64,000 nt of DNA from an uncultured Eubacteriales bacterium (lineage in GTDB: Bacteria > Bacillota > Clostridia > Christensenellales > CAG-138), in assembly GCA_902787375.1 (NCBI GenBank), contig CADAGD010000001.1, positions 2,106 to 66,105 on the forward strand. The letters run 5' to 3'. Position 1 is the stretch's first letter, and each line of letters starts with the position of its first letter. The position numbers and the translations under genes are program-made. Below the pieces are notes generated by a model. The model saw nothing but the letters and a program-made list of their open reading frames with translations. It was not told the origin of the DNA and made no database searches. Shown in pieces: positions 47,288-55,341 of the stretch.

Positions 47288-49900
47288 TCAGCCGAGAATA
47301 CCCATTGCGTATCTGATTATCAGAAGCGCATCAAGTGTATTAACGTCGCCATCCAATGTGATATCGGCCGCAAGCATATCTATTCCGGTATTATCATTCG
47401 ACATTGAATACCTCAGAACAGCGAGCGCATCCAGCATATCCACAACGCCATCGGAATTCGCGTCGCCAAGCAATGCGTACAACGCGATAATATCAATATC
47501 TTCAACGACATTTGTGTAATCGCCTTCCCACTCTCTAAAGACGTACAAATCATGCTGAGGAGCATCGGGAGCCTGTGCGTCCGCGCCATGCTCAACAGTA
47601 ACCTCAGCTATTACATGTGAATCAACGCCGTCAATAAATCTGACCGTATGCGTTGTGGGAACATCAAGTCCGGGATCGCCGCTGTAAACAACATCATCAA
47701 GGTATGCGGTATCGGTTCCGTTGTTGAGCGTGCTGTCCTTTTCATATGACCACTTGAAGTTGAAGCTTCCGGCAGCTGAGGCTTCGTATGTATAAGTCTC
47801 GAAGTTCTGTGAACCGTAAATGGTTGCAATTAGCTGATTGTTTACATAGAACTTGAACTTGTCGTAGCTCTCGCTGCTTACCGCCCAATCAAAGCTAAGG
47901 GTCTCCCCCACCTCCATGCTTATAGTTGTTTCGATGGAAGACTTTGTCGCATAGTATCCTCCGCCGTTATTCTGATTGGTTGAGTTTGCGCAAAGGCGAT
48001 TTTGATAGTTGGTATTTACGATCCACGGATATTGAGTATCGCCGTCGCTGAACTCAAGCGTTCCGTTTTCGACATTGAGCGCCTCGTCCCTTGTGGGATA
48101 GCGCTTAACATTGACAGTAGACTGTGCGGAGTATGATAAACCCGTCGTCCTGTCGGTAGCCGTGCAGGTGATAATTGCCTGTCCCTCGGATATACCGCTT
48201 ATAGTTGCATAACGCTCATGGCTTTCAACTGTTGCTATGGAATCGTCAGAGCTTACCCAAACCGTATCAAAATCATTTGCGTTGATGGGAGTCGCAACAA
48301 CCTCTATTTTAACAGGACGACCGATATACGCCAATACATCCGCGGGCTTCAGCGCAATACCGTCAAGCTGAACGGCTACATGGGGCATTTTCCTCGTGAT
48401 TCCGACATACACAAGGCTTGATGAAGCATCCGCAGGAGGATTATACACGCCGCCTACGGGCTTTACCGTTATGGAGCCGCCTCCCTTTATATCGCAGGAG
48501 CTTCCGGTGAACACCACGGGGCCGAGAAGATCATAGATGTTTTCAACATCATGGTATTCTGCCGGATCATAGCCTTCCTGAAGACTGAATCCGTACAGCC
48601 CGTCAAATGAAACGGGATCGTTCGCCGTAACCGCTATGCGGAAGTTTTTAACAAGCTCCGAAGTATCCATGCCGGTGGCGGTGGCTATCGCCGTCGGACT
48701 ACTTCCCGCGCCATTGTAGTTTTGGCTTATGGTCTTGAAAATGCCGTTTCCGAACCTTGAATACAAATACTGGCTGAATAAGCATACCTGCGAATACAGA
48801 GGAAGCACATATGAAAGGCTGTTGCTCCATGTATACATCGAGTATCCGTTGTGAAGCTCATATGGAGCAAAGTATTCAAACTCCTGAGGAGGCGTCAGCC
48901 AGTCGTTGTTATTTCTGTAGTAATAACGTTCCCAGCTCTGTATTCTTGAGACAAGGCTTGAGCCGGGATAGCATATCTCCTCAGCCGCCGCGCTCATCGC
49001 CTCGTTGAGCCATGTGTCCATTCCTCCAGTAATGGAGTAATTGATAAGATGCTGGTACTCATGGCAGAACGTGCTGTATGTATCGGTAACATCATTGCTT
49101 TCAACTCCACTCAGACTCACATAGTGGACGCCCGGATAGGTGTCAACATGTATCATGGGAAGACCGTTGGTTGTAAAGTCATTCTTGGAGAAGTATCCGG
49201 CGACATAGCCCTCGTTCACGCCAGGCTCAAACCCGTCGTCGATGTTATAGTACATGAGGTTGATACGACCGTCGCCGTTTGCACCGTTCATATGATCTCC
49301 GAAGGAGCTTTTCATGAGCGGGAACTTGGCTTCAAACTCGTCGCATACCATCTGAGGGAAAGCCTCGTCTATCTCGTCAAGCGGATAGAAATTGTCATTA
49401 TAATACGGATCCTCGGATGAAGGCGTCCATACATAACAATGCTCGCCCTTGGCAACACATTTGAACTTTACCGAATATGCGCCTGGGCTGTAATTGGAAA
49501 TTACGAAAGTACGTACATCCCCCACTTCATATGAAGCTCCGTCACGCATATCAACAGCAGCCTTCACGTCAACGCTGCTCATTGAATCAACGATAGCATC
49601 CACATCCATCTTATAGGGCTTATCCGATTCAACTCCCTTTTGAGGATGAACATTTGAATACGGCTCAATACCCGTTTCAATCAAGCCATCCATATTTCCT
49701 GTTGAATAAGAGCGATAGTAATATGTGGAAGGATTATATATCAGCACATACTCACCCTCATATCCGCCCTCAGGGTCGGTATCCAATTCAACTGTTCCGT
49801 TGCAAAGTCCCTTTGTTTCGGCAGCATAGGCACTCGAAACAGGTATCAGCGTCATAATAAATGCAAACAACGCTATTATAGCCGTAATTCTTTTTTTCAT
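47288..49900 (-). CDS. Secreted multidomain zinc metalloprotease with Big_2 domain, beta-sandwich module and C-terminal dockerin
   Basis: 870 aa. Signal peptide 'IIALFAFIMTLIPVSSAYA'. HExxH 'HEYQH' (49049-49063) with downstream 'WLNEAMS' Glu (gluzincin pattern, reminiscent of M30/hyicolysin-like enzymes). Big_2-like 'VWVSSDDSIATV..ITCTATD'. C-terminal dockerin 'GDANSDGVVDMLDALAVLRY...DITLDGDVNTLDALLIIRYAMG'. Confidence 0.8.
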   Translation of the reverse strand: MKKRITAIIALFAFIMTLIPVSSAYAAETKGLCNGTVELDTDPEGGYEGEYVLIYNPSTYYYRSYSTGNMDGLIETGIEPYSNVHPQKGVESDKPYKMDVDAIVDSMSSVDVKAAVDMRDGASYEVGDVRTFVISNYSPGAYSVKFKCVAKGEHCYVWTPSSEDPYYNDNFYPLDEIDEAFPQMVCDEFEAKFPLMKSSFGDHMNGANGDGRINLMYYNIDDGFEPGVNEGYVAGYFSKNDFTTNGLPMIHVDTYPGVHYVSLSGVESNDVTDTYSTFCHEYQHLINYSITGGMDTWLNEAMSAAAEEICYPGSSLVSRIQSWERYYYRNNNDWLTPPQEFEYFAPYELHNGYSMYTWSNSLSYVLPLYSQVCLFSQYLYSRFGNGIFKTISQNYNGAGSSPTAIATATGMDTSELVKNFRIAVTANDPVSFDGLYGFSLQEGYDPAEYHDVENIYDLLGPVVFTGSSCDIKGGGSITVKPVGGVYNPPADASSSLVYVGITRKMPHVAVQLDGIALKPADVLAYIGRPVKIEVVATPINANDFDTVWVSSDDSIATVESHERYATISGISEGQAIITCTATDRTTGLSYSAQSTVNVKRYPTRDEALNVENGTLEFSDGDTQYPWIVNTNYQNRLCANSTNQNNGGGYYATKSSIETTISMEVGETLSFDWAVSSESYDKFKFYVNNQLIATIYGSQNFETYTYEASAAGSFNFKWSYEKDSTLNNGTDTAYLDDVVYSGDPGLDVPTTHTVRFIDGVDSHVIAEVTVEHGADAQAPDAPQHDLYVFREWEGDYTNVVEDIDIIALYALLGDANSDGVVDMLDALAVLRYSMSNDNTGIDMLAADITLDGDVNTLDALLIIRYAMGILG

Positions 49901-50067
49901 TATACTTCCTCCTTAAAGAATTTAGCGAACGGCAAAAACCATTTTATATTATACATCCGGTTTTGCTGATTTGCAATACGCGAAAAGCCCATTTTATGTT
50001 ATACCGAAAGAAAAAACAGGCTTGCGCACTCACAATCCTGTTTTTACATGTTTTATCGGCTGCATTG

Positions 50068-51066
50068 TTACATAAGATAGTTGCTTTCCACATCGGTTAG
50101 GCATCCGAACTCATAGCCTTTCGATATAAGATCGTCAATAACCCGTCTGAGAAGCTTTACACTTTCCTGCTCAGTATCATGTATAAGGAAAATCTTCGGC
50201 TCGGTGTTTTTGTACATGCTCAAGGTATCAATGTATGATTCCCAAAAATACTCACTTTTGGGCAGATTCTTTTTATTGCCCGCGAGCCATCTGTCATTTA
50301 AGCCTATATTCCAATCGAAAACCTTATAACCGAGATTATTTGCGGCATTGACATACGCACCCCTTCCGGCTCGTCCAATGGTGCTGTTGGATGTGCCACC
50401 GGGGAAACGCATGACATAAGCACCTGCATCATATCCGACATTGGAAATAACAGTCTGTCTCCATTTGTTTATCTGATCAACGAACCCCTCAACTCCGTTA
50501 TAGAGCTTGGAAAAATCATGGGATTCCGTATGACAGGCAAGGGCATGTCCATCTGCGGCAATTCTTGCCGCCTGCTTTGGATGCTGCCTTATCGATATGC
50601 CTACGGTAAAGAATGTAGCCTTGATATTGTATTCGTTAAGTATATCCAACACTTCATCCGTGTATTTGGATGGGCCGTCATCGAATGTCAGATAGATCAT
50701 CTTCTTTGGCTGAGCGGGGTTGACCTGCTCCGTCGGAGCCGCTGTGGGAGCAATAGTCAAAACCGCTGTGGGCGCAGGTGTAGGAGCCTCAGTCGCAGAT
50801 TCCGAAGGAGCCTGTGTGGGTTCGGGTGCTTCCGACGGAATCTCGGTCGCATGAGCCGTTTCCTGTGGAATTATGCAATCATCTATATCAACCGCTGCCT
50901 GTTTGCCATCCAAGTCGGCGTCATTGGCGCATCCGTAAAGCGCGAATGCGAATACTGACAGAGTGAACACAAGCAGAAGCAAAAGGAAAAGCTTTGAAAC
51001 GCTTCGCTTTTTTCCGTTTGCTTTTGCAAAAATATGTGTATTATAAAGTCCGACTCGGAAATCCAT
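50068..51066 (-). CDS. Polysaccharide deacetylase (NodB homology domain), membrane anchored
   Basis: TM 'LFLLLLLVFTLSVFAFALYG', PT-rich linker, NodB motifs 'TFDDGP' and 'HTESH'. Confidence 0.85.
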   Translation of the reverse strand: MDFRVGLYNTHIFAKANGKKRSVSKLFLLLLLVFTLSVFAFALYGCANDADLDGKQAAVDIDDCIIPQETAHATEIPSEAPEPTQAPSESATEAPTPAPTAVLTIAPTAAPTEQVNPAQPKKMIYLTFDDGPSKYTDEVLDILNEYNIKATFFTVGISIRQHPKQAARIAADGHALACHTESHDFSKLYNGVEGFVDQINKWRQTVISNVGYDAGAYVMRFPGGTSNSTIGRAGRGAYVNAANNLGYKVFDWNIGLNDRWLAGNKKNLPKSEYFWESYIDTLSMYKNTEPKIFLIHDTEQESVKLLRRVIDDLISKGYEFGCLTDVESNYLM

Positions 51067-51118
51067 ATCAAAAGACCATACCTCTCATTATTTTGAAGCT
51101 CTTTAGACTCCGAATCAT

Positions 51119-51147
51119 AGTATAGTACACATTAGGACATTTTGCAA
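51119..51147 (-). promoter_or_regulatory. Sigma-A-like promoter of the deacetylase gene
   Basis: Minus strand reads TTGCAA, 17 nt, TATACT. Confidence 0.4.
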
Positions 51148-51174
51148 CACTTTTTTACAACGCTTCAACTTATA

Positions 51175-51882
51175 TTAAAACGCTTCGATTCCCCCATTCT
51201 TTTCAATGGCTGACTTCAGTAGCGATATAGCTCTTTTTTCAATGCGCGAAACATACGATCTTGATATTCCGAGCATTTTACCAACCTCTCTCTGAGGCAG
51301 AGGTTCACCGCCGTCGAGTCCGAACCTCAGTATAATTACACTCAGCTCACGACCCTTGAGCGTATCTTCGACAAGAGAGCGAAGCTTTCGCGCACTTATA
51401 CGTCCTATCGCATCTCCGAATACGGCGTCCTCATCGGTTCCTATTATGTCGCCTACGGTTATCTCGTTGCCGTCACGGTCTACGCCTATGGGTTCCTCAA
51501 GACTTATCTCGCCGCGCTTTTTCCGCTCAGCGCGTATGGACATCAGTATTTCATTTTCGATACACCTTCCCGCATATGAGGCAAGCGATTTGCCCTTTTC
51601 GGGGCTGTAGGTTGAAACAGCCTTTATAAGTCCTATAGATCCAGTCGATATAAGATCATCGGTATCGCGTCCGGGTGCTTTGTACTTTTTGGCAATGTGT
51701 GCTACAAGCCGCAGATTACGCTCCACAAGCTCATCCTTTGCGCCTTCGTCGCCATCTGCCAGCCTTTGTAAAAGCCTGTTCTCCTCTTCTGCCGTAAGCT
51801 GCTCAGGCAGAGAGCTTCTGTTGTTTACATACCCTGTAAAAACAAAAAGCTCCCTTAAAAAGCCTATAACCGCCTCAAACAT
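51175..51882 (-). CDS. sigK: RNA polymerase sporulation sigma factor (pro-sigma-K type)
   Basis: 235 aa. N-terminal pro-sequence-like 'MFEAVIGFLRELFVFTGYVNNRSSLPEQLT' (compare B. subtilis pro-sigma-K '..FLVSYVKNNAFPQPLS'). Region 2 'ERNLRLVAHIAKKY', 'DLISTGSIGLIKAV', 'RCIENEILM'. Region 4 'GISRSYVSRIEKRA'. SigE cannot be fully excluded by eye. Confidence 0.8.
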   Translation of the reverse strand: MFEAVIGFLRELFVFTGYVNNRSSLPEQLTAEEENRLLQRLADGDEGAKDELVERNLRLVAHIAKKYKAPGRDTDDLISTGSIGLIKAVSTYSPEKGKSLASYAGRCIENEILMSIRAERKKRGEISLEEPIGVDRDGNEITVGDIIGTDEDAVFGDAIGRISARKLRSLVEDTLKGRELSVIILRFGLDGGEPLPQREVGKMLGISRSYVSRIEKRAISLLKSAIEKNGGIEAF

Positions 51883-52135
51883 GTCAACACCTCCAAATAC
51901 TGCGTTTAATCCAATCTATGCACCAAAAATCAACTTTATTTTCACATCACCGTAATTATTATTTTCGGCTTGAACGCTGGGGTTTTAAGGCTCCATAATG
52001 CTTGAAGTAATTATATTTAAATAAAATATATAAAAAACAGCATAAAAAGGGGTTACGAATACCTCCTTTATATGATATAATCCATATTTAAGGGAATGAT
52101 CCCAATTTTTGTAAACTAAAAACACGGAGGTTTTT

Positions 52136-53182
52136 ATGGAGAATGTTAGAGTAGCAATTTGGGGATTTGGCGCAATGGGTTCCGGTATCGCTAAGATGCT
52201 CCTTGGAAAGAAGGGCGTTGAGATCACAGGCGTATGCGACATGTGGGATAAGCTCAACGGAATGAGCATATTCGAGCGTCTTGGTATCGAAAAGGGCGAT
52301 CGCAAGGATGTATTCATCTCCAATGACATCAACAAGGTCATTTACAAGGGTGCTGCTGATGTTGCGATAGTTGCCACCGATTCATTTGTTCCCGCAGTCT
52401 TCCCCAAGATCAAATTCGTTCTTGAGCAGGGTATCAATGTCGTTACGACCGCTGAGGAGATGAGCTACCCCAAGGCGCAGCACCCTGAGCTTGCAGCAGA
52501 ACTCGATCGTATCGCCAAGGAAAACGGCGTCACGGTTCTCGGAACCGGCATCAATCCGGGGCTTATGATGGATCTTCTTGCCATCTGCCTCTCCGGCTGC
52601 ATGATAGATGTTGAGAGCGTGATGTGCAAGCGCGTTAACTCCCTCTCCCCCTTCGGCCCCGCCGTTATGAAGGAGCAGGGCATCGGCATCACGGTCGATG
52701 AGTTCAACAAGGGTGTTGAGGACGGTTCCCTTGCGGGCCATGTCGGATTCGAGGAGTCTGCGGGCATGATAGCGGAAGCTCTCGGCTGGAAGATCGAGAA
52801 GTTTGAAAAGCAGATGGCTCCCATTGTCACGACAATCGACCGTCAAGCTCCCTACGGATTCGCTGCTGCCGGGAATGTTGCCGGCGTCAATATGACCGCT
52901 CAGGCATATGTTGACGGCAAAATGAGAATCGACCTTGTACATCCTCAGCAGATAGAGCCTGAGATGGAAGGCACGCATACCGGCGACTATGTTGTTATCG
53001 AGGGAACTCCTTCCATTCATGTCGCCAACACCCCTGAGGTTGACGGTGGTCTTGGCACAATCGCCATGTGCGTAAACATGATTCCTCATGTCATCAACGC
53101 CAAGGCCGGTCTAAAGACAATGATCGACCTTCCCGTTCCTCACGCAATCATGGGCGACTTCCGCGACTATATAGAAGAATAA
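52136..53182 (+). CDS. ord: 2,4-diaminopentanoate dehydrogenase
   Basis: 348 aa DapB-like NAD(P) fold 'VRVAIWGFGAMGSGIA'. Occupies the first position of the ornithine cluster, directly upstream of ortA. Confidence 0.8.
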   Translation: MENVRVAIWGFGAMGSGIAKMLLGKKGVEITGVCDMWDKLNGMSIFERLGIEKGDRKDVFISNDINKVIYKGAADVAIVATDSFVPAVFPKIKFVLEQGINVVTTAEEMSYPKAQHPELAAELDRIAKENGVTVLGTGINPGLMMDLLAICLSGCMIDVESVMCKRVNSLSPFGPAVMKEQGIGITVDEFNKGVEDGSLAGHVGFEESAGMIAEALGWKIEKFEKQMAPIVTTIDRQAPYGFAAAGNVAGVNMTAQAYVDGKMRIDLVHPQQIEPEMEGTHTGDYVVIEGTPSIHVANTPEVDGGLGTIAMCVNMIPHVINAKAGLKTMIDLPVPHAIMGDFRDYIEE

Positions 53183-53191
53183 TGTTATTGT

Positions 53192-53220
53192 GTGAAGCCG
53201 GATTGTTAATCCGGCTTCAC
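53192..53220 (+). promoter_or_regulatory. Perfect 13-bp stem hairpin between ord and ortA
   Basis: 'gtgaagccggatt' (53192-53204), loop 'gtt', 'aatccggcttcac' (53208-53220). TTTTT begins 6 nt downstream. Confidence 0.5.
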
Positions 53221-53245
53221 AGCGTGTTTTTACCGGAGGTATAAT

Positions 53246-53545
53246 ATGGCAAAAAAAGGTGACTGGGTTCAAATTCACAATGTCGTTCTGCCGCCGCAGG
53301 AGCGTTCTTCCGCGCTTCCCGACGACACAAAGATAAACCCGCTTGAGATGTGGGTAAAGGGCTATCTTCAGGAGGATGCCGAGATAGGTGAAATTGCCGA
53401 GGTCGTTACAAGAACGGGTCGTCACGCAAAGGGCGAGGTTGTTAAGGTCAATCCGTACTTCGAGCATAATTTCGGCTTCTTTGTACCGGAAGTGCTTGAA
53501 ATCGGCAGCATGGTTCGCAAGATAACCTTCGGAGGTGAGGATTGA
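53246..53545 (+). CDS. ortA: 2-amino-4-ketopentanoate thiolase alpha subunit
   Basis: 99 aa. Size, position and overlap with the PLP beta subunit match ortA. Confidence 0.8.
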   Translation: MAKKGDWVQIHNVVLPPQERSSALPDDTKINPLEMWVKGYLQEDAEIGEIAEVVTRTGRHAKGEVVKVNPYFEHNFGFFVPEVLEIGSMVRKITFGGED

Positions 53546-54939
53546 TGGATAACAGCTACGATGCGATAATGGCTCGCAAGAATGAAATTATTAAGAATGC
53601 AGTGGGCATGGATTTCGACAAGTTCGAGAAGCCCGGCATAGGCTTCGACTATGAAGCCATGATGGAGGCTACCGGCTATACGATAGAGGAAATCAGACGT
53701 GTTCAGTCATTGTTCTCCATTGGCAACACTCCTCTTATCGAGCTTAAAAACCTGACGGAGCTTGCGAGAAAATGCGCTCCCGAAGGCAAGGGCGCGCGCA
53801 TATTCATCAAGGATGAGGCGTCAAACCCCAGCGGAAGTTTTAAAGCTCGCCGCGCCTGCACAAGCGTATATCAGGCAAAGAAGCTCGGTTATAAGGGCGT
53901 TGTTACCGCTACAAGCGGCAATTACGGTGCGGCAGTCGCTTGCTGCGCGGCAATGGCTGGATTAAAGTGCATTGTCGTTCAGGAATGCTATGACAGCAAG
54001 GGAATAGGTCAGCCGGAGATAATAGAAAAGGCTCGTAAGTGTGAAGCTCTCGGAGCCGAGGTAGTTCAGCTTACTGTCGGCCCCGAACTCTTCTCCACGG
54101 TTCTTCAGCTTCTTGAGGAAACCGGCTATTTCAACGCTTCGCTTTACACACCCTTCGGAATCGCCGGCGTTGAGACACTCGGCTATGAAATAGCCGAGCA
54201 GTTCCGCGCAAAAATCGGCAAAGACCCCGACGTCGTGGTATGCACAAATGCCGGCGGCGGAAACCTAACCGGTACGGCTCGCGGTTTGAGGAAAGCGGGC
54301 TGCAATGCCAAGGTAATAGCGGCTTCCGTCAATCTTTCGGGACTGCATATGGCAAGCGACAGTCAGTTCAATAAAAAGAGCTTTACAACAGGTCACACCG
54401 GATTCGGCGTTCCCTATTCCGTCAATCCCGATCATTCCGATGTTCCCAGAAGTGCCGCACGTCCCCTTCGCTATATGGACAGGTATGTTACCGTTACTCA
54501 GGGAAGCGTATTCTTCATCACGGAATGCCTCGCCTCCCTCGAAGGTCTTGAGAAGGGACCCGCAGGAAATACATCGCTTGCCGCAGCCTTCCGTCTTGCG
54601 CAGGACCTTGACAGGGATCAGTGCATAGTTGTTCAGGAAACCGAATACACCGGAGCCGGCAAGCACATCAATCCGCAGCTCTCATTTGCAAGGCAGAATG
54701 GCATTGATATCCACTTCGGCGATCCCAAAGATGAAATTCCCGGCAAGAACATAATACTTCCCGCGCATCCCTCGCTCATTCAGGTTACCGATCTTGACCT
54801 GGATCATATGCGTAAATCACGCATCAAGAGGGCTGTGGGAACCCATAAGGACGAGCTTACCGATGAGGATATCAAATTCCTTATCGAGGAAACAAACACC
54901 GACGAGGAGTTTGTACGCAGCGCGATAGCGTCATTATAA
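53545..54939 (+). CDS. ortB: 2-amino-4-ketopentanoate thiolase beta subunit (PLP, Trp-synthase-beta fold)
   Basis: About 464 aa. PLP-Lys context 'NPSGSFKARRA', 'TATSGNYGAAVA'. ATG 53545 overlaps the ortA stop. Confidence 0.85.
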   Translation: MDNSYDAIMARKNEIIKNAVGMDFDKFEKPGIGFDYEAMMEATGYTIEEIRRVQSLFSIGNTPLIELKNLTELARKCAPEGKGARIFIKDEASNPSGSFKARRACTSVYQAKKLGYKGVVTATSGNYGAAVACCAAMAGLKCIVVQECYDSKGIGQPEIIEKARKCEALGAEVVQLTVGPELFSTVLQLLEETGYFNASLYTPFGIAGVETLGYEIAEQFRAKIGKDPDVVVCTNAGGGNLTGTARGLRKAGCNAKVIAASVNLSGLHMASDSQFNKKSFTTGHTGFGVPYSVNPDHSDVPRSAARPLRYMDRYVTVTQGSVFFITECLASLEGLEKGPAGNTSLAAAFRLAQDLDRDQCIVVQETEYTGAGKHINPQLSFARQNGIDIHFGDPKDEIPGKNIILPAHPSLIQVTDLDLDHMRKSRIKRAVGTHKDELTDEDIKFLIEETNTDEEFVRSAIASL

Positions 54940-54975
54940 CATTACTGATTTAAAACACACGGAGGATAGTTATTT

Positions 54976-55341
54976 ATGAAACGTGACGACGATTTCAAAA
55001 ATCGCCATGAGCATTTAAAGGGTCTTACCAACGAGCAGCTTGAGCAACGCTTTTGGGAGCTTGCCAACAAGCTTGTCGATCCCCTGCTTGAGATGGGCCG
55101 TGAGTATACGTCCCCTGCCATAGAGCGTTCGGTACTGCTTCGCATGGGGTTCTCGTCCATTGAAGCTAAGGCAATAGTAGAGGGCTGTGTTGAACGCTCT
55201 CTCATGTGTTACGGTGCGGGCAATGTGGTTTACAGGCTCGCAAAATCAAAGAATATGGAAATACGTCCCGCAGGGCTTGAACTTGTAAACGGTAATATGT
55301 GGGACGACGCCGAGAAACTTTTCAAAGGGGGTAACGAATAA
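54976..55341 (+). CDS. oraS: D-ornithine 4,5-aminomutase subunit S
   Basis: 121 aa, the characteristic size, directly coupled to the large subunit (TAATG overlap). Confidence 0.88.
   Translation: MKRDDDFKNRHEHLKGLTNEQLEQRFWELANKLVDPLLEMGREYTSPAIERSVLLRMGFSSIEAKAIVEGCVERSLMCYGAGNVVYRLAKSKNMEIRPAGLELVNGNMWDDAEKLFKGGNE

Noticed and set aside
50055-50085. dif-like 'TTATGTAA' half-site near the recombinase-proximal region
   Set aside because: Only the XerD-arm-like 8-mer matches. The spacer and XerC arm do not match, and the sequence lies across the stop codon of the deacetylase gene.
43907-51066. Possible integrated mobile element around the tyrosine recombinase
   Set aside because: There are no phage, conjugation, transposase or excisionase genes, no flanking direct repeats that I could find, and no tRNA target. 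Neighbouring genes are ordinary chromosomal functions.
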